A DNA stretch of 63,006 nt, filler included, from Nemertoderma westbladi (Eukaryota > Animalia > Xenacoelomorpha), in assembly GCA_032718475.1 (NCBI GenBank). It is 4 parts of 4 records of this genome, joined end to end, with 100 filler letters (N's around TTAATTAATTAA, not from the genome) between each part and the next. Parts side by side here need not be neighbours in the genome. Positions count along the whole stretch, not along the records: positions 1 to 20,396 come from JAUCBJ010004508.1; positions 20,497 to 43,044 come from JAUCBJ010006325.1; 2 more parts are not named here. One strand, 5' to 3'. Of this stretch, positions 12,166 to 22,217 are shown piece by piece. Position numbers and translations under genes: made by a program. Position 1 is the stretch's first letter, and each line of letters opens with the position of its first letter. The notes under the pieces are model-generated. The model was given only the letters and a program-made list of their open reading frames with translations, searched no databases and was not told the origin of the DNA.

Positions 12166-12304
12166 CCTGAAGGGCGTCCTTATCCCAGAACGAAGGGGGT
12201 CCTAGTTACAGGACCAGATTTTCCCTAGTAAGAGGGTCTATGCAGCCACAGATGACACCTCCTTTATGCTGCATGAAGGTGGCAAGTTTTCTTGATCAAT
12301 GGCG

Positions 12305-12681
12305 TAGAATACCTGACCTGAGGCGGTGATTTCATTTCCGATGTCAGTTTTGAATTTTCGTTGCATTTTTTTGTCTGTAAATATATCAGTCTGTTTGTCT
12401 GTCTTTCTGTCCGTTTGAATGCTTATCAACATACAAAAATCACACATTCTAGCAAACATTATAATGTTTGCGGGGGGTTTTGGGGTCGCTGATTTCATTT
12501 CCGATATCAGTTTTTATGTTTGGCGAAATCTAGTCTGTTTTTTTTTTATTTAATATCTATGGAAACATGCCATAGTAAAATACATGTTAAGACGTCATAA
12601 CTTAGATATTCGGAATCGGTATTAAATTCTGCACAAAAATTTACCAAAATAAGGTTTTTGAATTTTATAGAAGGTCCCCCC
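12305..12681. mobile_element. Right end of a Kolobok-like non-autonomous DNA element
   Basis: Repeated tgatttcatttccgat motif, ggggtcgctgattt, ends ...gaaggtcccccc|TTAA. Confidence 0.4.
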
Positions 12682-12977
12682 TTAAGTTAAATCGAACTTT
12701 TGAATATAATGATTAATGACCTTTGCAATAGTATATGTATGTTATTTTATTCTAAAATTGAATATTCAAATAAATATATTATTAAAATATTGCTCATAAA
12801 AAGCTGCATATGAAATAAGTCAAGGTAGAATACTTTTGGCATAGACCGTTACAGTCTTCTAGTTGGCCAAGCTTTATTTAAAAATTGGTTTATCGGCACG
12901 GCTATGTACTGTACTATAATCAAGGCCTACTAAAAGGCCTACCTTAGTAGGCCTTCACTATAATAGACTGGATGTGG

Positions 12978-13250
12978 GGCGAGCGACGAAAGTAAGCGAG
13001 CTTAGCATTCAGGTACCACTAACTCAATCGGTGTGTCTGTTCTGTTGATATGTTGTTCTGTTGTGTCCAATTTTAAACGTTAATAACTCAGCCAAATGTT
13101 AATGAAATTTAACCAAACTTGGTACACATGTAGTCTGGCCAAAGTTTAGATATTTTCCAAGTTGAATTTTCGCGTGGCCTTCGAGAAGCTAAGATAATAG
13201 CAGTTAATTAGTTAATAAGTTGATTAGGGTAACAACATCAATTTCAACCT
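12978..13250 (+). mobile_element. Second HINE-like fragment
   Basis: gagcgacgaaagtaagcgagc start, tgttc microsatellite, shared aaccaaacttggtacacatgtag block. Confidence 0.4.
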
Positions 13251-13971
13251 GCCTCCTTAAAGGATATTAATTATTTTCTGGTATAAGATTTAAATAATTA
13301 TACATAAAAGTTATACAGCTGTAATCCCCATACAACATTCCATTATAGTTTTTAATTAGTTCAAGTGATTTGCTTTAATAAATGTGTCTTTAATTGATCT
13401 AAACGTAAATAAAGCGGCACAATTATTGAGTACAAATTTAATCCTTCCCATTATTGGTCAACATAGTCTCTCCGGGGGTGTAGAGCTGCTAGCTGGCACC
13501 AGGGCAGAGGGGAATTGTACTGTTATAGGCAGCCAGTAGTATTGCTATAGCAACACAGACATAACTCCAACCACACTGCCTGTATTTCAATTCCTATTGA
13601 CTCTATACTATAAATGTTGTATTACTTACTATCTCAGGTGACAGAAGATATAATGACATAAATACTCATGGCTGTTGTAGGCTTATATCTGAAATAGTTT
13701 ATTCCGCAATATATTTGTCTGGTTATTTTTTAATTGAATTTTTGCAAAGTAGTAAAATTAATGTTCTTAAAAATAATATAATTATTTTATATGTAACCTA
13801 GGAAATTAACTACATATTTTCGCTGCAGCTTTAAGAGTGTACATTGATTTAATATTATTTCAATACCCATATTACTACATCGGCATACGATGCGTTGGCG
13901 TTGTATCACACATCTCCAGATAGATGTATCAGCAGTTACTCGCACAATTTCGAAACTTCGCATAGTTATAA

Positions 13972-14450
13972 CTGTATAAAGATCGTCAGTCTTGGTTTAG
14001 GAAAAATATTTTAATGCAAAACAGGACGAGCGACGAGCGCAACGAGGCATATAATGAAGACCAGTACTGCGTAGACTAAATTCCTATAAACCATACCTGG
14101 CTTCGCCTATTGAAGGCATCGGTAGTTATAAAGATCGTCCGTCAGTCTGCGTTTAGGAAATATGTTTAAATACAAAACAGGACGAGCACAACGACGTTTA
14201 TAATAATGAAGACGAGTACTGCCTACTGCGTTGAAGGCATCGGTAGTTATAAATTACTGGTGGGTGGGAAGGGTGGGGGGGGGGGGGGGGTGCAGATTAA
14301 AAGGGGTGAACACGTACTGTCCCCCTTTCTTTGATTGATTGGTGGTGTGGGTAAATTTCTCAAAACCTGATTTTGTGATACAGTCGTTCAATTTTAATCT
14401 GTATCTGATAACTGAGCCTCGTCCTGCGCGATGGCCCCACGAACGTGTAT
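13972..14450 (+). repeat. Dispersed repeat with internal duplication; second copy at about 29684-29769 plus 30785-31080
   Basis: Near-identical blocks (ataatgaagac..., ttcctataaacca..., poly-G-tgcagattaaaaggggtgaacacgtactgtcccc...ggccccacgaacgtgt) at both loci. Confidence 0.8.
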
Positions 14451-14709
14451 TTACCGTATACAAGACGAGTATCTATATTTCATGACAGGTATAGTATAGT
14501 AAAGTCTGTTGCATAATATATTAATAATATTATAGGCCAATGTATAAATCCAACCTACCAATTATTTAATATTAATATGCCTAATTATTGTTACTTATAT
14601 TTTGATGATAATATTTAGTGTTTAAATCATGAGGATACATACATACATACATGTTCAAATTTGTTTGTTCAAAGTTTCAAAATATCAATATTTTTACAAA
14701 ACGGTTAAC

Positions 14710-14780
14710 TGCATTGGCCGGGAATCGAACCCGGGCCTCCCGCGTGGCAGGCGAGAATTCTACCATTGAACCACCAATGC
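14710..14780 (-). tRNA. trnG-GCC: tRNA-Gly (anticodon GCC)
   Basis: Reverse complement GCATTGGTGGTTCAATGGTAGAATTCTCGCCTGCCACGCGGGAGGCCCGGGTTCGATTCCCGGCCAATGCA, a canonical eukaryotic cloverleaf; T4 Pol III terminator about 10 nt downstream. Confidence 0.97.
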
Positions 14781-15935
14781 TGATGATTACACTTGCCGAA
14801 TATTAAACTGTAGTGCTGTAGGCTACAACCCAATTGTTGTATGTTGCGTGGAACTGGACGCAATAAAAATTAATCCCTCTCCAGGAGAAATTCGACCCAA
14901 ATAACAGCTGATTACTCTCAAAAATATAAAACTGTTACCAGTTACCAGAACTGTGTTTAGTTTATTGTTTTGGTTAAAATAACGTGCTACTGTAACCTGC
15001 TCCTTTTCCCTAAATTGAGAATATATCATTGAGGCGGGATATTAATTCTTCTCCAAGATGGGATTTGCGTCCAGTCCTTCAGTTCTTCACATGGGGGTAA
15101 CTGCAAAGTGAAACATAACGGCAGAAAGTCTGGTATTCTTTATATGGGCCATTGTATTAGGGACAACAGTCAAAAGACCAACCAACAGTCAGAAAAATTC
15201 ACCAACATTTTTAGCGTCCTTTCATGGAAATTAATTATTTTCAAGGCCTACTATAAGATTAACTTAATTGTACTTAAAAATTATACAGCTGGAATTCACA
15301 ACCCCATTCCTTTCTAGTTTTTTAATTTGATTTTGATTAGTAATTTGCGTTAAGAGATATGTTTTAATTGATCTAAACATTATAAATTTATTAAATTCCC
15401 ACTTCTTTCCGCACTACTTCCATCTCCACATGGAAGTCTATAGGGATCATTTCGACTCAAATAACAGCTGATTACTCTCTAAAATAAAACTGTAACCTGG
15501 TCTATTGAATTTCGTTTATTATTTTGGTTAGAATAAAGTGCTACTGGTGTAAGCTGCTCCTTTCCCTAAATTTATAATTTAACATTGAGACGAGATATTA
15601 ATTCACCGAAATGGGATTTGAGTCAATTTCCCCACCCACCCCCCCCCCCCCCCCGTATAGTCAAGATGCGTTAACGATTTATCACAATAGGCCCTAAAAT
15701 CATTTTTCGAGGCCAAAAGCCGGGGAAGAAATGCTTCTGCTATTTCGAGGGTACAGTAGAATAATAAATTTATTAGATTATTTTTCAAATTTTATATAAA
15801 TTTACTGTATCTTTCAAGTGCCAGTATCATGGCTTTATTCAATAAATATTAATAAGAAATTGCATCCAAAAAATCACTAATTAAATAATTAATCATTATG
15901 TTTTCCATAAATGCACGTGTTGTTTGTGTACTAAT

Positions 15936-16337
15936 TTACTGTTCATTCTTGTTTAAGTTTTTGTTTTGCAACATTTGTTTGAACTCTTTGACTGACAGGT
16001 CCGTTATGGATCTTCTCCCTTTGGAATTCGATCTTGACCGTGTACCGCCTTTCTTCCCCCGACTTTTCGATCTTCCCTTCATCTTCTTTCCTTTCTTCCC
16101 CTTTCCTTTACGACTTCTAGACCGACTTCCTTTACCACGGCGACTCCTAGATCTGCTCTTCTTTCCCTTCTTCTTTCCCTTCCCCTTCTTACTTCCCTTT
16201 CGTTTCTTCTGTCTCCCTTTCTCCATATCTCTCCTGGTGGTTGACTGGCTTACTAAATCTTCCTTCTCATGGCCGACTAAATCCCAACTCTGTACTTCCT
16301 TCTCCCCCAACTCGACTTGGTCATTCTTCGTCATCAT
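15936..16337 (-). CDS. Small basic K/R/S/G-rich protein, protamine-like/sperm nuclear basic protein-like, 133 aa
   Basis: gccATG context, acidic N-terminal leader, core KKGKGKKKGKKSRSRSRRGKGSRSRSRK..., AATAAA on the minus strand at 15834-15839; GC-richer than its flanks. Confidence 0.6.
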   Translation of the reverse strand: MMTKNDQVELGEKEVQSWDLVGHEKEDLVSQSTTRRDMEKGRQKKRKGSKKGKGKKKGKKSRSRSRRGKGSRSRSRKGKGKKGKKMKGRSKSRGKKGGTRSRSNSKGRRSITDLSVKEFKQMLQNKNLNKNEQ

Positions 16338-16577
16338 GGCGCTTATTTGTTTCTTACCCTAATCTTATTTATTATTCTACAATTATAATCAAAATTTGTT
16401 TTACTTATAAAATAAACCAAAATGTCGCGCATCCGTTTTATAGGAATATAAAATTCTAGAATTAAATCTCTATTGGTAAATTTAAATATACTTGATTGAA
16501 TGGATGTGACAAAATATGGGCGTATCCTACTGTACTTGTTGTAATTACGTTAACGTAAATCACAGCGGTGGTGTACA

Positions 16578-18744
16578 CTGCCCTCCTAAATCAAAACCAT
16601 GTAACTAACAATTTTGCAAAAATGATATTTTGGTATCATCTGATAGCTGAAGACGAGCTCTATCAATTGGCAATGATTAATAGCCTCAATATAGAGCCCT
16701 TTCGTAGAAATCATCAAAATGTAACTAACAATATAAGAGTTTGTTAAAAGCCTGCTAAGTCAAAAACATGTAACCCACAAGTTGTAAAAGAAAAGCATGT
16801 AACTGTATGCGTTTACCATGTAACTGTATGCGTTTACCATGTAACTGATAAGTTACATTCCTTTAGCTTGGAATTGGATCATCTTACACCGCCTTAACCA
16901 CGGGCCACGGACCACCTTACAGTTACATGATTTATGTTTATAACAAAACACATATGCACAGGCAATACATGGGTGCATATAGAACCTCATAGCAACAATT
17001 GTGAAGCTTAGTAACTTACAGAACAACTGATCGAAGCTCTAGTTTATAAGAAACCCAAATTAACAACAATGAGAGATAAAACAACTGATCTGATATCTGA
17101 TTGATTGCCCATGTCCCTAACATTCAGAGTATTAGGTTTTTTAACTTTGTATTCACTAAGGGCGACAAGAGAAACATATCCGCCTACATACAGTTGTTCC
17201 ACAGCCCGAAATTTAAACTGATGAGGATAGCAATCAGGTCTCGAATGTGTTTTCCCAGATTTGGTAGGTTCAGTGACTAAGACAGTGATTTTGATCCTAT
17301 TATTGTGTAGTGTGTACAGTAGCTTGGATACTAATACTACTATATCTGCATGCTGCATTCCAGGTGCATTATGTTATATATTATATTAAATATACATAAA
17401 GAATACTGTGCCGGCTTGTAGTCAAAATTGCGCTGCTACAACTCCCTATCACCCATGACATTTGATAGATCATCTGCATCTTCAAGGCCAGTGTCCTTTA
17501 AGATGCGTCTCAAGAAAGTCATGGGCTGTCCACCATGATTATTCACTCCATGGGGCTGACAAAGTACAAGATTATGCACTGGCTGGTCCTCACGACGAAT
17601 GCAATGTCCTGCAAAGCGGAGACGGCTCTGTTCAAGTGTCAAGCTAGGAAAGACTAATGGTACACCTCCAATGTTGTATAGAGTCTGATTGTAGATGTGT
17701 TCATTGTACTTGACACAATGAACCCGGCCTAGCATTCTTGTGAGGTGCCATCCAGAGACTTGGTATCCTCTGCAGTTAGAGCCCAGTATTGACTCCGATA
17801 TAAGAGTACTACTAGTACTACAGTAGTACTCCCATAAATAATTGAACCATAAGGTTCCGTTTTAATTTATGGGGGACTTCGAAATCCTGGACAAACTATT
17901 TAACGCTATCCATGCCTTCCACTTACACGTATCCGAAGGTCTTCACCTGACTTGTGATCCATGATCACAAGTAGCATAAGTCATCCACATGCTCAAGCAA
18001 GCCGTCCATAGAGCTTATTCCCAAATTTCACAAAATTTCACTGTCAAAATTTTGGTCTTCTTGGAGTCAATAAAAAGACCAACACTAGAAGCAACATGGT
18101 CAAATATCCAATGAGTAGAGCGGAGTCTTGGATGATAAGTCCGGAGGTAGTGCGATTATCCATCCGAGCTCCTTGATATTATATCTCAAAATGATCAAAA
18201 CTTTCAACATTCGACAATTAAATAGGCTGTTCCGCTTTGACATAAAGTGTTTCTTTATATTAATTCATTTTGATTGTATATTTACAGTATAATAATAAAA
18301 AGTATTGTTTTTTAGAATTAAAAAGTACCCTTTTTCACCATTACTATTATTTTGCTTGAGTATATTTTTTTTGAGATCCTGATAGATGTGAAATATTTTG
18401 AGAACTATTAGTTCAAAGATCCCTAAATTATTAGTACTGTACAACTCAATCTCAATAATTATGTTGTCTTTTTGCCTTAGTCTAAGGCAGAGAAAGGTAA
18501 GGGAAGATACTAAGATAAAACCATGTAACTCACAAGTTTGCAAAAAACTAGTGCAAATCCATAGCTCGTGTTATTCTGACATACTGTCGTCTTTTGGATA
18601 GCTAGACATACTACTCCTAGATATATTTAGCATAACAACTGGTCTGCAGATGTTCTGATGTTGTCGTGCAGATTCGTTAAATTTAGGTAAATTTTTCTCA
18701 AAACTACGTTTTTTCAGTTACATGATTTTAGGTTAGGGGGGCAG
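16578..18744. mobile_element. Non-autonomous DNA transposon with CTGCCC...GGGCAG termini and 4-bp TACA TSD (Sola-like), hosting an RTE insertion
   Basis: TACA|ctgccctcctaaatcaaaaccatgtaact ... agttacatgattttaggttaggggggcag|TACA; catgtaact subterminal repeats. Confidence 0.7.
17329..18110 (-). mobile_element. RTE family 1, older diverged 3' fragment
   Basis: Aligns to the 3' part of the 10268 copy (RLRFAGHCIRREDQPVHNLVL); decayed (TAG)n tail. Confidence 0.88.
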
Positions 18745-19189
18745 TACATTGTACTGTTGTAGCCAATACCATTACACCATGTCCCAGAATATAGTGTCGT
18801 AATTCAGTGACACCCCCCCCCCCCCCCCCTCTAATTTTTCGACAAATCTTAAGGAGATTGCATACTACTAGGCCTACTTTGCGGCGTTGCGGCCTATAGG
18901 ACGGAACGCTGCAAAGTAATCAATGACATGGAAACAACTTCAAATACCGTATTCCAGAATGTATTATTTACATTTATGTTAATGATTGCTGCTTTATTAT
19001 CCAGTTTGCAGTGACGGGACTAGCTACTGTATGTAAATAATTGTTTAACGTTTAGGCCTACTGTATTCAATTATGGCGAAACGTCCAATATAAATATAAC
19101 CACTTTAGAGCAAATGAGCAAAGAAAATGGCGACAGTGATCAGTAAATCTGAACGGACACAGACGATGACTCCGTTTGCTTCAGTCGAC

Positions 19190-19289
19190 TATAGTCAAGA
19201 TGCGTTAACGATTTATCACAATAGGCCCTAAAATCATTTTTCGAGGCCGAAAGCCGGGGAAGAAATGCTTCTGCTATTTCGAGGGTACA
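19190..19289 (+). repeat. 100-bp dispersed repeat, near-identical to 15656-15755
   Basis: tatagtcaagatgcgttaacgatttatcacaatagg...tatttcgagggtaca at both sites. Confidence 0.9.
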
Positions 19290-20396
19290 TGTAGAGACTC
19301 TTACGTTCTAGTACTGTATGTGGTGACGGGAGTGAAGGAGGATTACCGAAAACTACAGTATTTTGAGTCTGTCAGTCAGTTGTTAGATTATTATTATGTA
19401 CTGGTAGGAGTCAGCTAGTATGATAGTACAGTAGTACGGTGTCAGTCAGAGAGTTATGTTATTCGGGAGTATATATGTTATTCTTATCTTATTACTGTAT
19501 TACATATTATATTAGATATGACTGTATGAAGATGAGTGTCATTATGATATGATGCGGGAGAGGGTGGTTTACAACTTCCCACCGAGATTAGCGACTCTAC
19601 TACACGTACGGACCGCGTGGAAATTTAAATAGGCCTACCTACCGGACCGATAGCAGGGTAGAAACATTTTTTTTTAATTTATTTGGATGAGAATACCGGT
19701 ACACTATGGCGATGGCGAACAATTATGGGTTGAAGGAAGTCCTGGAAGGGTTTACATATGATCGGTTACGGGATATCACTCGGGATATCGGCGGCGATAT
19801 TAGCGGATTACAGAAGCAAGATTTAATCTCGTTTCTTGTCGGTCAACCTCGGGATTTATTGTCTCAATACGGTATAGGATTTCGGGATTCGAGAGAAGGT
19901 GGCGATCCAGGCGGTGGAGGAGCTGGTCCAGTCGGAAATGTTATGTTAGAGAACATTTTACAACAGCAACAACAACTGATTTCACTGGTCCTAGATCAAC
20001 AACAAACACAAACACACGCGGTTATTATTTGCATATCGGACTTCGGAGCATAGTTCTTCAAAGGTGTCACCTTTTTACTTACTCTACGGGAGAGATGCTA
20101 GATTACCAACAGAAACAGCTCTGAATTCCCCAAAAACTATTTACCAAATAGATTTGGATGATTATAAAACTGAACTAGCTGCGAACCTTACATTTGCATG
20201 GGAACTTGCACGGGAAAACATTGAAAAGAAACAAGACCAATATAAGAAGCAATATGACAAGAGAACTCAACCAATTAAATATAACGTTGGTGACAGGGTA
20301 TTTTTATACCGTCCAGATACAGTGAAAGGAAAATTACATAAATTCGGTCGGCCATTCCATGGTCCTTATCGTTTATTAAAGGTCACAGGGGATAAT
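19290..20396 (+). mobile_element. Ty3/Gypsy LTR retrotransposon remnant: putative 5' LTR (19290-19604), gag N-terminus, internal deletion, integrase C-terminus
   Basis: TGTAG...CTACA-bounded segment; ORF from 19706; LFAYRT...SPFYLLYGRDARLP...YNVGDRVFLY...KFGRPFHGPYRLL (GPY/F module); runs into the gap. Confidence 0.75.
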
Positions 20397-20496
20397 NNNN
20401 NNNNNNNNNNNNNNNNNNNNNNNNNNNNNNNNNNNNNNNNTTAATTAATTAANNNNNNNNNNNNNNNNNNNNNNNNNNNNNNNNNNNNNNNNNNNN
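20397..20496. other. Artificial contig linker (N44-TTAATTAATTAA-N44)
   Basis: Identical 100-bp spacer, with stops in all six frames, occurs three times. Confidence 0.97.
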
Positions 20497-20919
20497 TTTT
20501 CTAACCTGTCATGTAGAATAGCATCTTAGGCACTTATATTCCAAATTCTAGCCAAAACCAAACAATTTTGAAACGCTGAGAGTGATAAATCGAAGAGTTG
20601 TCCGAAAATGGTGTACCCCCCCCCCCCCCCCCCCCTTAAGGTAGTGGTACGGCCAGAAAAATTGACTTCAATGTATTGTAACATACACGTTATTCCCGAT
20701 AATGGGAATTTGCTAACTTTCTCTTCGTCTGTTTTTTGTGTGTCATCATCTAGTGTGACACTGTCCATCAAAACCAAAAGGTTGGGGTTACTCTTGTCGG
20801 TGTGATGTGGTGTGCTATTACTAGGTAACCTACATTGACTTAATCTCCTAGACTCTACAGTTAATCCCTTAAATTCAATATTTTGACCCTCGAAGTAATC
20901 ATCATAAATTGCACTAATA

Positions 20920-22217
20920 ACAGGAAGTTCAGGTCCTGGTCAGGTCCCCAGATCCTGCTACCACTATGGCAGTAATGCGGTACTACCTGTAGCTGTCAGC
21001 CCAGTAGGGCAGGCCCGATAAGCATAGCCTATTCATTATTTAGTTGATCAAGAGTTGGTTGGTTCAGCCCCCCGTCAACTAAATAAGTCATTGAGGGCTA
21101 TAGCGCCTAGGGCACCATTGAAGGCAAAGGCTTGATACGCATCTGCATTAGAGATAATACAAGCCCCGCCCTGTCTATACTGGATGCTCCTCTACCAGTG
21201 TTAGGTAACCTAACCCAGGAGGCACACTTGGTTCAGGGTGTAACAAATGGACCCCTACAGTCGGCAGCAGGGCTGTAGGCCATGGATAGGCGGAAGGCAA
21301 TCAACCAACGGCTAGACATGCTGACAAGGTCGGCGGAAGGTAATCAACCAACGGCGACCTACTGCGAAGACGCTTGTAGGAGTTGCGACCACAAGCGGTT
21401 TACCCCCGCAACTGAAAGATATGAGTATGAGAACCCTCCAGGAGAAATACCGGCTCGGTCGTCGCCCGGGTCAACAAGGACCGCGTCCCTCAGTGGTACA
21501 CCAGGCTGGGGTCGATAAATTGGCTACTGGAATAGAAGACAGAGAAGAAAGAAGAACCAACCTGTTGAAATGTAAAAAGACACTAAAGATTGCTATAATG
21601 AACGCACGCACGCTGAAAGCACAGAACAAACAGTGTGACATGGTCGCTCTGGCAATGGAATATAACATCGACATCATCTGCATCCAAGAACATCGGATTT
21701 GTCATGAAGACACTGCCATGAAGTACAATGACATTGGAAATGGATGGACGTTAGTAACAAGCTCAGCAGTAAGAAACTCGGCCAATGAATCAATTGGTGG
21801 AGTAGGAATTCTGCTAAGCCCATTTGCACTTAAGACCCTAAACAACATCGAATCTATAAATTCCAGGGTTATGATCGCAACATTTGATGGGAATCCCAAG
21901 ACAACAGTTATATGTTGCTACAGTCCAACCAATGCATCAGAGCCAGAACAAGCAGTCAAGTTTTATGAAGAACTGACTGGACTTATTAAGGACATCCCGA
22001 AACACAATGTTAAAGTCATTGCTGGTGACCTGAATGCGCAAATTGGCCCAGAAGACATCAAGGGTTACACCTATAACACCAGTTCTAACAGAAATGGGTA
22101 CTTACTCTTAGACCTAATGGAAGAATGTGAATTGATACCAACAAACAACACATTCGAAAAGAGTAAGGGGAAGCTATGGACCTTTCAATACCCTAATGGA
22201 ACCAAAGCACAACTGGA
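20920..22217 (+). mobile_element. 5' part of an RTE-clade LINE: structured 5' UTR plus AP-endonuclease domain, truncated at KAQLD
   Basis: IAIMNARTL, DIICIQEHR, GGVGILLS, CCYSPTN, IAGDLNAQIG, NRNGYLL, LWTFQYPNGTKAQLD; the 5' boundary is approximate. Confidence 0.88.

Noticed and set aside
15898-16362. 154-aa F/P/L-rich plus-strand ORF
   Set aside because: Antisense mirror of the K/R/G-rich ORF, which has the better start context and a polyA signal
17214-17255. CTGATGAG...CGAAT hammerhead-like string
   Set aside because: GAAA is GAAT, stem II pairs poorly and there is no convincing stem I or III
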